Source of the DNA: Alphaproteobacteria bacterium
GTDB taxonomy: Bacteria > Pseudomonadota > Alphaproteobacteria > RF32 > CAG-239
NCBI GenBank assembly: GCA_045613125.1
Contig: JAZLAM010000016.1
Span: forward strand, 4,699-68,698
Direction of reading: 5' to 3'
DNA: 64,000 nucleotides
Shown here: positions 28,458 through 39,059 of the stretch, piece after piece
How the letters are laid out: each line of letters starts with the position of its first letter
Position numbering within the stretch: position 1 is the first letter of the stretch
Translations under genes and position numbers: made by a program
The notes under the pieces: model-generated
What the model was told of the DNA's origin: nothing
The model's input: the letters and a program-made list of their open reading frames with translations, nothing else
The model's database searches: none

Positions 28458-29975
28458 ATGGCTTTAAAAACTAACAGAAAAACCGATTATCCTAAATGGT
28501 ATCAATGTGTTGTATCCGAAGCTGATATGGCAGAAAACTCTGTTTCTCCGGGGTGTATGGTTATCAAACCTTGGGGATACGGTATATGGGAAAGAATACG
28601 TGATATTATGGATGTTAAATTTAAAGAAACAGATCATGAAAATGCATATTTTCCGATGTTTATTCCTATTTCTTTTTTCAGAAAAGAGGCTGAACACGTT
28701 GAAGGTTTTGCTAAAGAAATGGCTGTTGTTACACATTCTCGTTTAAGTATGCAAGATGGTCAGCTTATGCCGGATTCCGAGCTTGATGAACCTTTAATTG
28801 TGCGTCCGACCAGTGAAACCATTATTGCCGATTCTTTTTCCAAATGGGTAAAATCTTATCGCGATTTACCTGTTATGATAAATCAATGGGCAAATGTTGT
28901 ACGTTGGGAAATGCGCCCTCGCCTGTTTTTAAGAACAAGAGAGTTTTTGTGGCAAGAAGGTCATACTGCACACTCTAATGAAAAAGAAGCCGTTGCAGAA
29001 ACAATCCAAATGCTTGAAGTTTATCGTCAAACCGCTGAAGATTGCTTGGCTATGCCAGTAATTGTCGGTAAAAAACCGGAATATGATAAGTTTCCGGGAG
29101 CTGTTGACACATATTGCATTGAAGCAATGATGCAAGATGGTAAAGCTTTACAAGCAGGAACATCTCACTACTTAGGGCAAAATTTTGCAAAATCTGCAAA
29201 CATATCTTTTATAAACAAAGAAAACAAACCGGAATTTGCCTATACAACATCTTGGGGGGTATCAACTCGTTTAATCGGTGGTGTTATAATGACGCACGCA
29301 GATGACGAAGGCTTGGTTGTTCCTCCGATGATTGCGCCATATCAAATTGTTTTTGTTCCGGTTATAAAAAAGCAAGAAGACGAACAAGAAGTTATGTCTT
29401 ATATAAATATGGTAGCAAATGAGATAAAATCTAAAACAGCCTTTGGCGAAAAAATCAGAATAAAAATTGATAAACGCAATAAACAAAGCGTTGATAAATT
29501 CTGGGAATGGAGCAGAAAAGGTGCTCCGGTTGTTGTAGAAGTTGGTTTAAGAGATGTTCAAAATCAGGGCTTAATGGTTAAAGAACGTATTAAATTAGGC
29601 ACTCCCGAAGGAAAAGAAATTATCTCTTATACTGATTTTGTTGCAGGCGTTTCAAATCGCTTAGAAAACATTCAAAAGAAAATGTTTGAAAAAGCAAAAA
29701 CTCGTATGGAAGAAAATGTCAGAACAGATATAAAAACTCCTGAAGAATTTAAGGCATATTTTTCAAACGCAAACGAGTGGATTGAAGATGGTACAGCCGG
29801 AAAAGTTGCCTTTGTAAAAGGAAAATGGTGTGGAGATGCTTCAACCGAAGAGCTTTTAAAAGAACTCAAAATTACTATCCGTTGTTTACCTTTAGAACAA
29901 AGCGGCACAACCGGAAAATGTTTGCTTACCGGCAAAGATGCAACTTTAGATGTTATTTATGCCAGAACATATTAA
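28458..29975 (+). CDS. proS: Prolyl-tRNA synthetase, archaeal/eukaryote-like type
   Basis: KEAEHVEGFAKE, RPTSET, QWANVVRWE, TTSWGVSTR, C-terminal ARTY. Confidence 0.95.
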   Translation: MALKTNRKTDYPKWYQCVVSEADMAENSVSPGCMVIKPWGYGIWERIRDIMDVKFKETDHENAYFPMFIPISFFRKEAEHVEGFAKEMAVVTHSRLSMQDGQLMPDSELDEPLIVRPTSETIIADSFSKWVKSYRDLPVMINQWANVVRWEMRPRLFLRTREFLWQEGHTAHSNEKEAVAETIQMLEVYRQTAEDCLAMPVIVGKKPEYDKFPGAVDTYCIEAMMQDGKALQAGTSHYLGQNFAKSANISFINKENKPEFAYTTSWGVSTRLIGGVIMTHADDEGLVVPPMIAPYQIVFVPVIKKQEDEQEVMSYINMVANEIKSKTAFGEKIRIKIDKRNKQSVDKFWEWSRKGAPVVVEVGLRDVQNQGLMVKERIKLGTPEGKEIISYTDFVAGVSNRLENIQKKMFEKAKTRMEENVRTDIKTPEEFKAYFSNANEWIEDGTAGKVAFVKGKWCGDASTEELLKELKITIRCLPLEQSGTTGKCLLTGKDATLDVIYARTY

Positions 29976-29979
29976 AGAT

Positions 29980-30038
29980 AAACCGCCGAAACAATCGGCG
30001 GTTTTTCAAAAGAGGGAAGAAAATCTTCCCTCTTTTTT
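29980..30038. terminator. Two tandem terminator hairpins between convergent proS and alaS
   Basis: AAACCGCCGA..TCGGCGGTTT and AAAAGAGGGAAGA..TCTTCCCTCTTTT. Confidence 0.85.
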
Positions 30039-32670
30039 ATATCATATTCTTAACAGCTTCTAATGCTTGTTCAAGTTTTGTAGCATCAGGACCGCCGGCT
30101 TGAGCCATGTCAGGTCTTCCGCCACCACCCTTGCCTCCGACAACAGCAGATGCAACTCTAACTAATTCAACGGCTGAATATTTATCTGTTAAATCAGGCG
30201 TAACACCAACCACAATTGATGCTTTATCATCTTTATCAGATGCCAAAACCACAACACCGGAACCGATTGTTTGATTAATTTCATCGATAAAAGCTTTTAA
30301 TTCTTTCGGATGAACACCGCTTACAATTTTGCTTACAAATTTCACGCCATTTACGGTGCCTATCTTATCTTGATTATCGGCACTTTTATTGCTAACAAAC
30401 GATTTTTTTAAGTTAAAGATATCAGCTTCGAGCTTTTTCTTTTCTTCCAATAAATTGTTTATTCTTGCTTCTAAATCATTAACATTTGTTTTAAGCAAAT
30501 TGCATACATCATGAAGTTTATTTTCAATCCCTTGAACAAACTTTTCTGCACCTCTTCCTGTTACACATTCAATACGTCTTACGCCGGCACCGACAGCAGA
30601 TTCTGAAACAATGTTAAAGTATCCTATATCTCCGGTATTATTAACATGTGTTCCACCGCAAAGTTCTGAAGAATATACAACACCGTCTTTTTGCATTTTA
30701 ACAACACGAACATCATCAGCATATTTTTCGCCAAACAAAGCCATAGCACCGGAAGTTACAGCTTCTTCTTTGTTCATAATTACGGTATTGACTTCATAAT
30801 TTTTTCTGATAGCAGCATTTACCATATCTTCAACTTGCAAAATTTCTTCTGCCGTAATTTGTTTATGATGAGAAACGTCAAAACGCATTCTGTCCGGTCC
30901 GACCAAAGAACCTTTTTGCGCAATATGATCACCCAAAACCGTACGCAAAGCCTTATGAACCAAATGCGTAACCGAATGGTTTGCTCTGGTTTGATTTCGT
31001 GTTTTTTCATCAACTTCAAATTCGGCAATTTGTTGTTTTTTAACAACACCTTTTACAAGTTTACAAACATGAACAATAAGACCGTCAAGTTTTTTCTTGG
31101 TGTCAAGAACTTCGACTTCAAAATCTTTATTTGAGATTTTTCCGATATCGCCAACCTGACCACCGCATTCGCCATAAAAAGTTGATTGGTTAGAAACCAA
31201 ATAAAATTCACCGTCTTTAACTTCTTCAACTTCTTTTCCGTCTTGAACCAAAGCCAAAATCAAAGCATCGGTTTTTAAGCTGTTATAACCTAAAAACTCT
31301 GTTACGCCCAATTTTTCTTGCAGTTCAAACCAAATTTTTTCAACACCGGCATCACCAGATCCGGCCCAGTTTTTACGTGCTTCGGCTTTTTGTCTTTCCA
31401 TAGCTTCATTAAAACCTTTGGTATCAACTTTAATGTTTTTAAGTTTTAATGCATCTTCGGTCAAATCAAGCGGAAAACCATATGTATCATAAAGTTTGAA
31501 AGCTGTTTGTCCGTTAAGCTCATCACCTTCTTTTAAGCCTGTTGTTTCTTCTTCAAGAAGTTTCAATCCGTTTGATAACGTACGACCAAAACGAGTTTCT
31601 TCAGCTTTTATAGTTTCTCTGATTAAAGCTTCATGACGATAAAGTTCAGGATAAGTTTCGCCCATTTCACGTTGCAAAGACGGCAATAACTTATACATCA
31701 TCGGTTCATGAACGCCTAACATATAAATATGACGCATTGCTCTGCGCATAATACGACGCAAGACATATCCTCTGCCTTCATTAGACGGCAACACACCATC
31801 TGCAATCAAAAACGAAGCTGAGCGCAAATGATCGGCAATTACATTGTACGATGAAGCAAAATTAGGATTTTCGACATCTGTCCCTGTAAATTTGCAAACA
31901 TCTGCTATTAAATTTTTAAACAAATCAATTTCATAATTTGAATGAACACCTTGCAAAATTGCAGATATACGTTCCAAACCCATACCTGTATCTATACACT
32001 TTTGTTTCAATTCAACACGTGTTCCGTCAGGTAAATCTTCAAATTCATCAAACACTAAGTTCCAAATTTCAATCCAACGATCACCATCTTCTTCAGGTGT
32101 TCCCGGAAGTCCGCCCCAAACATCAGGCCCATGGTCATAAAAAATTTCGGAACAATATCCGCAAGGACCGGTATCTCCCATCTGCCAAAAATTATCTTTT
32201 GTAGCAATACCAATAATTCTGTCATCCGGAAGGCCTGAAATTTTCTTCCATAAATTGCGTGCCACATCATCAGTATGGAACACTGTTACAGCCAATTTTT
32301 CTTTCGGTAAACAAAACTCTTTAGTTACCAGTTCCCAAGCATATTTAATGGCTTCTTCCTTAAAATAGTCACCAAAAGAGAAGTTTCCGAGCATTTCAAA
32401 AAACGTGTGGTGACGAACGTCATATCCAACGCTGTCAAGGTCATTATGTTTTCCACCGGCACGAACAGATTTTTGGGAAGAAACCGCTCGTTTATAATCA
32501 CGAGTTTCATTGCCGGTAAAAATGTTCTTAAATTGAACCATTCCGGAATTGGTAAACATCAAAGTCGGATCATTATCCGGCACCAATGAAGATGACGGTA
32601 TAATTTTATGATCATTTTTAGCAAAATAATCCAAAAAAGTTTTTCTTATTTGTTTTACACTAGTAGTCAT
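30037..32670 (-). CDS. alaS: Alanyl-tRNA synthetase
   Basis: [51 protein letters not shown]; start ATG 32670. Confidence 0.98.
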   Translation of the reverse strand: MTTSVKQIRKTFLDYFAKNDHKIIPSSSLVPDNDPTLMFTNSGMVQFKNIFTGNETRDYKRAVSSQKSVRAGGKHNDLDSVGYDVRHHTFFEMLGNFSFGDYFKEEAIKYAWELVTKEFCLPKEKLAVTVFHTDDVARNLWKKISGLPDDRIIGIATKDNFWQMGDTGPCGYCSEIFYDHGPDVWGGLPGTPEEDGDRWIEIWNLVFDEFEDLPDGTRVELKQKCIDTGMGLERISAILQGVHSNYEIDLFKNLIADVCKFTGTDVENPNFASSYNVIADHLRSASFLIADGVLPSNEGRGYVLRRIMRRAMRHIYMLGVHEPMMYKLLPSLQREMGETYPELYRHEALIRETIKAEETRFGRTLSNGLKLLEEETTGLKEGDELNGQTAFKLYDTYGFPLDLTEDALKLKNIKVDTKGFNEAMERQKAEARKNWAGSGDAGVEKIWFELQEKLGVTEFLGYNSLKTDALILALVQDGKEVEEVKDGEFYLVSNQSTFYGECGGQVGDIGKISNKDFEVEVLDTKKKLDGLIVHVCKLVKGVVKKQQIAEFEVDEKTRNQTRANHSVTHLVHKALRTVLGDHIAQKGSLVGPDRMRFDVSHHKQITAEEILQVEDMVNAAIRKNYEVNTVIMNKEEAVTSGAMALFGEKYADDVRVVKMQKDGVVYSSELCGGTHVNNTGDIGYFNIVSESAVGAGVRRIECVTGRGAEKFVQGIENKLHDVCNLLKTNVNDLEARINNLLEEKKKLEADIFNLKKSFVSNKSADNQDKIGTVNGVKFVSKIVSGVHPKELKAFIDEINQTIGSGVVVLASDKDDKASIVVGVTPDLTDKYSAVELVRVASAVVGGKGGGGRPDMAQAGGPDATKLEQALEAVKNMI

Positions 32671-32756
32671 TTTTTCTTCCCAAAAAATTGTTATCTTTTT
32701 AGCCGTTTTAAGATAAAGCAATCTTCCGGTAAAGTCTAGCAAAATTTTAAAATATC

Positions 32757-32785
32757 TTTACATCATTCGAGTTTTATTTTATATT
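32757..32785 (+). promoter_or_regulatory. sigma70-like promoter for leader B
   Basis: TTTACA-N17-TATATT places the TSS at about 32792, the first hairpin. Confidence 0.6.
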
Positions 32786-32791
32786 CATCTC

Positions 32792-32990
32792 AAATACGAA
32801 AATTTCGTATTTAGGGCGTCTAAACCCTTTCATAGGTAGTCTGATAGCATAATGACTATAAATAATATGCCGACTTCTGTCATATAGGCGGATGTCGGTT
32901 GAATAAGGCTCAAAGTCAAATAGACCGAGCTGTTTTACCTATGAACGGTTTTAGAACATCCGCCCGCTTTTTTACAAAAGTCGGGTTTTT
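32792..32990 (+). ncRNA. Structured leader B: C4/CI-like antisense RNA module plus terminator
   Basis: 78-nt core closed by GGCGGATGT(32887-95)/ACATCCGCC(32956-64); loop TACCTATGAA is complementary to upstream TTCATAGGTA; terminator 32963-32990. Confidence 0.8.
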
Positions 32991-33017
32991 GTTTTTAAGA
33001 CAAAGATGGAGAAAAAT

Positions 33018-33614
33018 ATGAATCAAAGTGGCCGTTCGATGGTAGAAATGCTTGGAGTACTTGCGATAATTGGAGTTTTAAGTGTCGGTGGCATTGCCGG
33101 ATATTCAAGCGCAATGTATAAATTTAAGATTAATAAAACTATTGAATACATATATCATGTTGCACAAAACTTAAAAAATCTCTGCGCAAATGATGCTTGT
33201 GAAACATCATTAATGTGTAGCCAAGATAACTATGCTCCTTATCAAAGAGAAGGATGTTCTGCTTTAAAAAAATTAAATTTAGTCCCCGATGATATGTGGA
33301 ATCAAACCGCCGAATATCTTGTTACACCTTTCAACACCCCTGTTAATATAAGTTTTAGCTCTGAAACAATAAGTTTTTTATATCGTAATGTTCCTAAAGA
33401 TCTTTGTATTGCCTTAAGTTCCTTTAACCATGAATTCTTTATATCTGGCACAAAATATTTTTCTATAGTTCCAAGCCTCTACTCTTGCAGTGCTTATTCA
33501 AAAGAATATGGTGCTGAAAGTGAAGCTCCTGAAGAATATTGGCAACCTTTATCTTTTGAAAAAATATCAGAATGTTGTGAATATGAATATAAAGAACTAC
33601 TTTTAGTATTTTAA
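33018..33614 (+). CDS. Prepilin-like protein B
   Basis: MNQSG|RSMVEMLGVLAIIGVLSVGGIAGYS identical to paralog A; Cys-containing variable C-terminus; GGAG RBS 33008-11. Confidence 0.85.
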   Translation: MNQSGRSMVEMLGVLAIIGVLSVGGIAGYSSAMYKFKINKTIEYIYHVAQNLKNLCANDACETSLMCSQDNYAPYQREGCSALKKLNLVPDDMWNQTAEYLVTPFNTPVNISFSSETISFLYRNVPKDLCIALSSFNHEFFISGTKYFSIVPSLYSCSAYSKEYGAESEAPEEYWQPLSFEKISECCEYEYKELLLVF

Positions 33615-33616
33615 TC

Positions 33617-34084
33617 TTAATTCAAATATGCAATTCCTATATTCAGATATGTAGCAAACAAAAGCCATAAAAGATACGGATATTGTAAATTTCCGGCAGT
33701 TTTATTGATGATTTTAAACTGTTCTATCATCTTATAAACAGTCCATATCATTAACACCATAACCACAAATGCCGGAGCGTAAAAACCCATACCGAAAAAC
33801 AAATATGACCAAAGCATCTGCAAAAACAATTGGCCTAAGAACAATAAATTTGCGCTTTGAACTTTCATTGTATCAGCTGAATTTAACACAATATAATAAG
33901 ATATAATCATCAAAGTGTATAAAACCGACCAAACCGGCGCAAAAACATAATCAGGAGGTGAAAACAGTGGCATAATCAAACTCGGATAAAATGTCATCAT
34001 TGCCTGAGCCGAAAAAAACGCAGCAACAACAGCTGTTACACCAACTGTTGCAAAACTATATAAAAAACGCAAAAATTTATTCAT
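33617..34084 (-). CDS. tspO: TspO/MBR tryptophan-rich sensory protein
   Basis: PP.YVFAPVWSVLY.LM, WS.LFFG, PYLLWL.FA.YLN; start ATG 34084. Confidence 0.9.
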   Translation of the reverse strand: MNKFLRFLYSFATVGVTAVVAAFFSAQAMMTFYPSLIMPLFSPPDYVFAPVWSVLYTLMIISYYIVLNSADTMKVQSANLLFLGQLFLQMLWSYLFFGMGFYAPAFVVMVLMIWTVYKMIEQFKIINKTAGNLQYPYLLWLLFATYLNIGIAYLN

Positions 34085-34209
34085 GTTCTTTCTCCTTTGT
34101 ATAGCAAATATGACTTGATTAAAAAAAATCAAGTATATTAATATAAACTATTGCTTTTTGTCAAAAAACGTGTATTATTGACAATAAATAAAAATAAGCG
34201 AGGGTACAA

Positions 34210-36000
34210 ATGGCTAAAAACACGAAAGCTCAAACAACATTAAAATTTATCGGTGGTGTTAATAAAGATCGTATCGGCGGAAATTGCTCCGTTATTGAAC
34301 ATACTGATTCAAAAGGTAAAACTGATATTGTTATGGTTGATTTAGGCTCAATGTTCACACCATATGAAACAGGTTTTGTTGCTGCCTTTCCTAATGTTGA
34401 TGAATATTTTGACAGAACAGATCCTGTTACAAAAGAAGAATTTAAAGCTTCAAAACCCGTAAAAGCTATGCTTATCACTCATGCCCATGAAGATCATATC
34501 GGCGCTTTGGTAAACTATGTCAGAATGGGTTATAAACTCCCTCCTATCAAAACCAGCGGGTTTACTCGTAACTTCATAAGGCTTGCTTTCAAACAACAAG
34601 GTATTATGTCGCCTGAAATAGAAAAAATTAATGCAAATGAAACTATAAAAATCAGCGATAATATGGAAATAAGAGCCGTAGATGTCAGTCACAGCATTGT
34701 TGATTCTTTAGGATTTTGTATTGCTACTTATGACAACGGCAAACCTTGTGCGGCTATTGTAAATAACGGCGATTTTTTAACTGAAGAAGAAATGCCGGTC
34801 GGTAAATCTTTTAATAAAGGAAATTATATAGAAACGCTAAAATCTGCTAAATGCCCGATTATAATGTGCTTAGATTCTACATCTACTTCTCCTAACAGCA
34901 AAGAGCGTATCGGTTTTGAACAAGCTGTAGAAAATACATATAATACTGTTATGAAGCACTCAAATAAATCAATAATTATTTCTCCGGTAATTTCAAGAAG
35001 TGTTCAAAACATTGCTATAGATGTTGAAGTTGCCAGAAAACTCGGAACAAAAATCTGTTTAGACGGCAAGTGGTTATCTTTGGTTAAAGACACTCTTACT
35101 TTAAGCGGTTATAAAGATTTTGATGATGTTATCTATAAAGGAACATTAAAAGGATACTTAAGCGATAAAACCATCAATAAGAAATACGTAGTTTGCACCG
35201 GTGCTTTTGCGCAAGGTATGGAAAATTATGAATATAACTTAGGTTTTGATGATATATCGCCGATTCCTCTAGCTGCAGCAACAAAAATGGCTCTTGATAT
35301 TCACCCATATTTAAAAATAAACCAAGATGTTTTAGTTTTATCACGTCAACGCATTATTGATGAAATAAATGGTAAAACCGGACCAAAAATGTTACAAATG
35401 ATGGCAGCACAAGGGGCAACAGTTGTGATGAGCCCATCAGGAAAACCTGTTGGAAATTTTGAAGAAGTTCGCATGCAAGATTCAGGTCATGCCAATGCGA
35501 CCGCAATCAAAAACCTTATGAAAGATGTTAAAGAAGCTGTTACAAATGTGGTTGTCATCCCAATACACGGAAATCCGGCTCAATGTGCAGACACCAAAAA
35601 AATCATGGATGAAATAAGTGTTGAAACACATATTGTCGGAAACAAAGAAGGTATACATATTTCTGACGGAAAAATTTCGGATATTGAACCAAAATGCACT
35701 CCTCTTACATGGTTTGCAGCTCGTCAAATCAGCCCTAATCCTTTTTCTGAAAGAGATGTCCCTCTTGACGGTATAACAGAATATTGGGAAGTTACCGAAC
35801 AATATGAACCTGTTTGCAAAATTTGTGAAATTGATAATACACAAAAACAAGCTCCTTTACCAAGAGAACATTCTGCAAATGTAAGAGATTTAGAAAAAGC
35901 AGAAAGAATGCCAACTCGCGAAAAAATAAAGAAAAGAAAAAACAGAAAAGATATGAGTGTGGTTGAAATGACCGAAAGAAAAAAAGGACGAAGAAGATAA
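34210..36000 (+). CDS. rnj: Ribonuclease J-like metallo-beta-lactamase (divergent)
   Basis: IGGN, THAHEDHIG, HSIVDS, GDF, DST, SGHA, IPIHG. Confidence 0.8.
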   Translation: MAKNTKAQTTLKFIGGVNKDRIGGNCSVIEHTDSKGKTDIVMVDLGSMFTPYETGFVAAFPNVDEYFDRTDPVTKEEFKASKPVKAMLITHAHEDHIGALVNYVRMGYKLPPIKTSGFTRNFIRLAFKQQGIMSPEIEKINANETIKISDNMEIRAVDVSHSIVDSLGFCIATYDNGKPCAAIVNNGDFLTEEEMPVGKSFNKGNYIETLKSAKCPIIMCLDSTSTSPNSKERIGFEQAVENTYNTVMKHSNKSIIISPVISRSVQNIAIDVEVARKLGTKICLDGKWLSLVKDTLTLSGYKDFDDVIYKGTLKGYLSDKTINKKYVVCTGAFAQGMENYEYNLGFDDISPIPLAAATKMALDIHPYLKINQDVLVLSRQRIIDEINGKTGPKMLQMMAAQGATVVMSPSGKPVGNFEEVRMQDSGHANATAIKNLMKDVKEAVTNVVVIPIHGNPAQCADTKKIMDEISVETHIVGNKEGIHISDGKISDIEPKCTPLTWFAARQISPNPFSERDVPLDGITEYWEVTEQYEPVCKICEIDNTQKQAPLPREHSANVRDLEKAERMPTREKIKKRKNRKDMSVVEMTERKKGRRR

Positions 36001-36014
36001 TTTCCATTTAATAT

Positions 36015-36053
36015 AAAAAACTGCTTAACTTTTGAAAGTTAAGCAGTTTTTTT
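36015..36053. terminator. Bidirectional terminator rnj/recA
   Basis: AAAAAACTGCTTAACTTT-TG-AAAGTTAAGCAGTTTTTT. Confidence 0.9.
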
Positions 36054-36068
36054 GTAACAAACGATAAA

Positions 36069-37094
36069 CTAATCATCCATAATAGGATCATCATTTCCGA
36101 TCATTTCAGTTGTAAGGTGTCCGGCATCTGCTCTGATTTTATTTTCAATTTCTTCTGCAACGCTCGGATTGTCTCTTAAAAAGAGTTTAGCATTTTCACG
36201 ACCTTGCCCAAGTTTATCTCCTTTATAAGAGAACCATGCACCGGCTTTTTCAACAATTCCGGCTTTAACACCTAAGTCAATAAGCTCACCTGTTTTAGAA
36301 ATTCCCTCACCGTACATAATGTCAAAATCAACAGTTTTAAACGGAGGAGCAACTTTGTTTTTAACAATTTTAACTCTGGTTTGAGAGCCGATAACATCTT
36401 CTTTATCTTTAATTGCGCCGATTCGTCTGATATCCATACGCACAGAAGCGTAAAACTTCAAAGCATTACCACCTGTAGTTGTTTCCGGATTTCCAAACAT
36501 CACACCGATTTTCATACGAATTTGGTTAATAAAGATAATCAAAGTGTTAGAGCGAGAAACGGTTGAAGTAAGCTTTCTTAAAGCTTGGCTCATCAAACGA
36601 GCTTGTAAACCCATGTGAGAATCTCCCATTTCACCTTCAAGCTCAGCCTTAGGAACAAGGGCTGCAACAGAGTCTACAACCAAGACATCAATTGCGCCTG
36701 AGCGAACCAATGTGTCAGCAATTTCTAAAGCTTGTTCACCGGCATCAGGTTGTGATATAAGTAAATTATCAATATCAACACCAATCTTTTTAGCATATGA
36801 TGGATCCAAAGCATGCTCAGCGTCAATAAAAGCACATGTTCCGCCTGTTTTTTGTGCTTGCGCAATCACACTTAAAGCCAGTGTTGTTTTACCTGAACTT
36901 TCAGGTCCGTAAATTTCAATAATACGACCTTTAGGAAGTCCACCGATACCAAGAGCAATGTCGATACCCAAAGAACCTGTGGAAATGGCTTCAATATCAA
37001 TATTGGTATTTTGACCAAGACGCATAATTGAACCTTTTCCGAAAGCTCTTTCAATTTGGCTCAATGCCGCATCTAACGCTTTATCTTTTTCCAT
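36069..37094 (-). CDS. recA: Recombinase A
   Basis: [38 protein letters not shown]. Confidence 0.99.
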   Translation of the reverse strand: MEKDKALDAALSQIERAFGKGSIMRLGQNTNIDIEAISTGSLGIDIALGIGGLPKGRIIEIYGPESSGKTTLALSVIAQAQKTGGTCAFIDAEHALDPSYAKKIGVDIDNLLISQPDAGEQALEIADTLVRSGAIDVLVVDSVAALVPKAELEGEMGDSHMGLQARLMSQALRKLTSTVSRSNTLIIFINQIRMKIGVMFGNPETTTGGNALKFYASVRMDIRRIGAIKDKEDVIGSQTRVKIVKNKVAPPFKTVDFDIMYGEGISKTGELIDLGVKAGIVEKAGAWFSYKGDKLGQGRENAKLFLRDNPSVAEEIENKIRADAGHLTTEMIGNDDPIMDD

Positions 37095-37141
37095 ATTATA
37101 CTCACTTTCACAAAATTGTTATTATATCTATATAATGTTAT

Positions 37142-37156
37142 GTTCTATTTTTGTTC
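37142..37156. promoter_or_regulatory. Alphaproteobacterial LexA (SOS) box in the recA promoter
   Basis: GTTC-TATTTTT-GTTC matches GTTC-N7-GTTC, next to the -35 TTGCAA (37160-65). Confidence 0.85.
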
Positions 37157-37182
37157 TAATTGCAAGAACTTTTTTTATTTTA

Positions 37183-38061
37183 TTATTTATTTGGTTTTCC
37201 ACCGGCAATAATCTTGTTCAAATTTCTTCTGTCAAGCTCTCTATACTCTTGAATAGCTGCTGTTACAACGGCACCGAATATAACAGCGGCCCAATATAGA
37301 TACATCCAAATAAGCATCAGCGGAACAACAGCAACAGCACCATATAAAGTTTTATATACATTGTTTTTAAGCATAAATAAAGAAAATCCGTTTCTTAATA
37401 TCCAGAACAAAAACATTGCAACCAACGCACCTAACAAAGCATTAAATAAACCAACCTTTTTATTAGGAACAAAAATATAAACACCTGTTAAAACAACCCA
37501 CGTCAAAACAAACGGTAAAATACTGCCTAAAATGACACTTAACTTAGGAACAGATTGCAAAACATCATTAAATGCCACATAACTTTTTAAGGAAAAAGCT
37601 GTTCCCAAGAGCAAAGGACCCAATGTTATAACCGTCCAATATAGGGTAATTTTTGTCGTAATTCGGCGAGGTCTGCTCACTTTAAAAATAAAATTAAAAC
37701 TATTTTCGATGGTAGATAAAAGCAAAATGGCAGTTAGAGCAATACCTATAACACCAATTGTTGTAAGCTTTGCGGTTGCATTGATAAACTCATTAAAATA
37801 TACGCTTATATCAGCGCCGGCATCAGGCACAGCATAACTTACAATAAAATCTTGCACTTGCTGTCTTATTTCGGAAAAAACCGGAAACGCCGAAAAAATT
37901 GCCAAAGCAATTGCTAAAACCGGAACAAGAGCAATCAAAGATGTATAACTCAAAGAAGAAGCCACCCGTAAAACAGCATCATGTTGAGCTCTTTTGATTA
38001 AAAAATATAAAAACTTTTTCAAAATTTCTATGGTTTCAAGTATCTTAGTTTTCCCAAACAT
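37183..38061 (-). CDS. yihY: YihY/virulence factor BrkB family inner membrane protein
   Basis: ASSLSYTSLIALVP, IENSFNFIF, TLGPLLLG, YVFVPN-like, Y..LYGA.A.VP. Confidence 0.9.
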   Translation of the reverse strand: MFGKTKILETIEILKKFLYFLIKRAQHDAVLRVASSLSYTSLIALVPVLAIALAIFSAFPVFSEIRQQVQDFIVSYAVPDAGADISVYFNEFINATAKLTTIGVIGIALTAILLLSTIENSFNFIFKVSRPRRITTKITLYWTVITLGPLLLGTAFSLKSYVAFNDVLQSVPKLSVILGSILPFVLTWVVLTGVYIFVPNKKVGLFNALLGALVAMFLFWILRNGFSLFMLKNNVYKTLYGAVAVVPLMLIWMYLYWAAVIFGAVVTAAIQEYRELDRRNLNKIIAGGKPNK

Positions 38062-38167
38062 TCTATAAACTCACAAAAAATCATTTACAAACCTGAACAA
38101 ATTAGGTAAAAACCTATTTAAGAGATAACTTATATCAATTTTTTATTAAACGCAAAGGAAATATGAC

Positions 38168-38998
38168 ATGAATACAATTACTCCTTTAATGAACGGTAAA
38201 AAGGGTTTGATTATGGGCTTGGCAAACGATAAATCCATCGCTTGGGGAATTGCTAAAGCACTAAACGTACACGGTGCGCAAATTGCCATCTCATATCAAA
38301 ATGAAACCTTAGAAAAAAGGGTTATTCCTCTTGCTGAGCAACTCGACAATGAGCCTATGCTTATTAAATGTGATGTTACCGATTCGGCATCTGTTGAAGC
38401 TTGCTTTAAAGAATTAGGAGAAAAATGGGGAAAGATAGATTTTGTTGTTCACGCTATTGCTTTTTCTGATAAAGACCAATTAAAAGGAAGAACCATTGAT
38501 ACAACATTAGATAACTTTTTAAACACAATGCATATTTCTTGTTATTCATTCATTGAAACTTGCAGATGCGCTTCAAATATCATGAATGAAGGCGGTTCAA
38601 TTGTTACCTTGTCTTATTTAGGTGCCGAAAGAGTTTTACCAAACTATAACATTATGGGTGTTGCAAAAGCAGCGTTGGAAGCTTCTGTTCGTTACGCCGC
38701 TGTTGATTTGGGTAAACAAGGTGTCAGAGTAAATGCAATTTCTGCCGGCCCGATTAAAACATTGGCTGCTTCCGGAATTGGAGATTTCAGAAAAATTTTA
38801 CGTTGGAACGAATTAAACGCTCCGTTGTTGCGCAACGTTACTCAAGAGGAAGTCGGTGCTGCAGCTCTTGCCTTACTTTCTCCTTTGGGAATTGCCATTA
38901 CCGGTGAAGTTTTACACGTCGATAACGGATATAACAAAATTGCCATGTTAAACATGGATAACGCTAGAGAAACTGCTCAAGTTTTAGCTGATTTCTAA
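38168..38998 (+). CDS. fabI: Enoyl-ACP reductase
   Basis: GLANDKSIAWGIA, YNIMGVAKAALE, ISAGPIKTLAASGI. Confidence 0.97.
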   Translation: MNTITPLMNGKKGLIMGLANDKSIAWGIAKALNVHGAQIAISYQNETLEKRVIPLAEQLDNEPMLIKCDVTDSASVEACFKELGEKWGKIDFVVHAIAFSDKDQLKGRTIDTTLDNFLNTMHISCYSFIETCRCASNIMNEGGSIVTLSYLGAERVLPNYNIMGVAKAALEASVRYAAVDLGKQGVRVNAISAGPIKTLAASGIGDFRKILRWNELNAPLLRNVTQEEVGAAALALLSPLGIAITGEVLHVDNGYNKIAMLNMDNARETAQVLADF

Positions 38999-39010
38999 AA
39001 ACATAATCAC

Positions 39011-39041
39011 AAAAAAGCCCGATAATGCAATATCGGGCTTT
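39011..39041. terminator. Hairpin after fabI
   Basis: AAAGCCCGATA..TATCGGGCTTT. Confidence 0.7.
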
Positions 39042-39059
39042 CAATTTGAAAGAAAAAAA

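Noticed and set aside
32867-32887. MPT-starting mini-ORFs in both pilin leaders (MPTSVI; MPTLVFMWTDVG), considered as leader peptides or icd/ash equivalents
   Set aside because: Different lengths and no SD; the shared ATGCCGAC is explained by the RNA helix. Not fully excluded.
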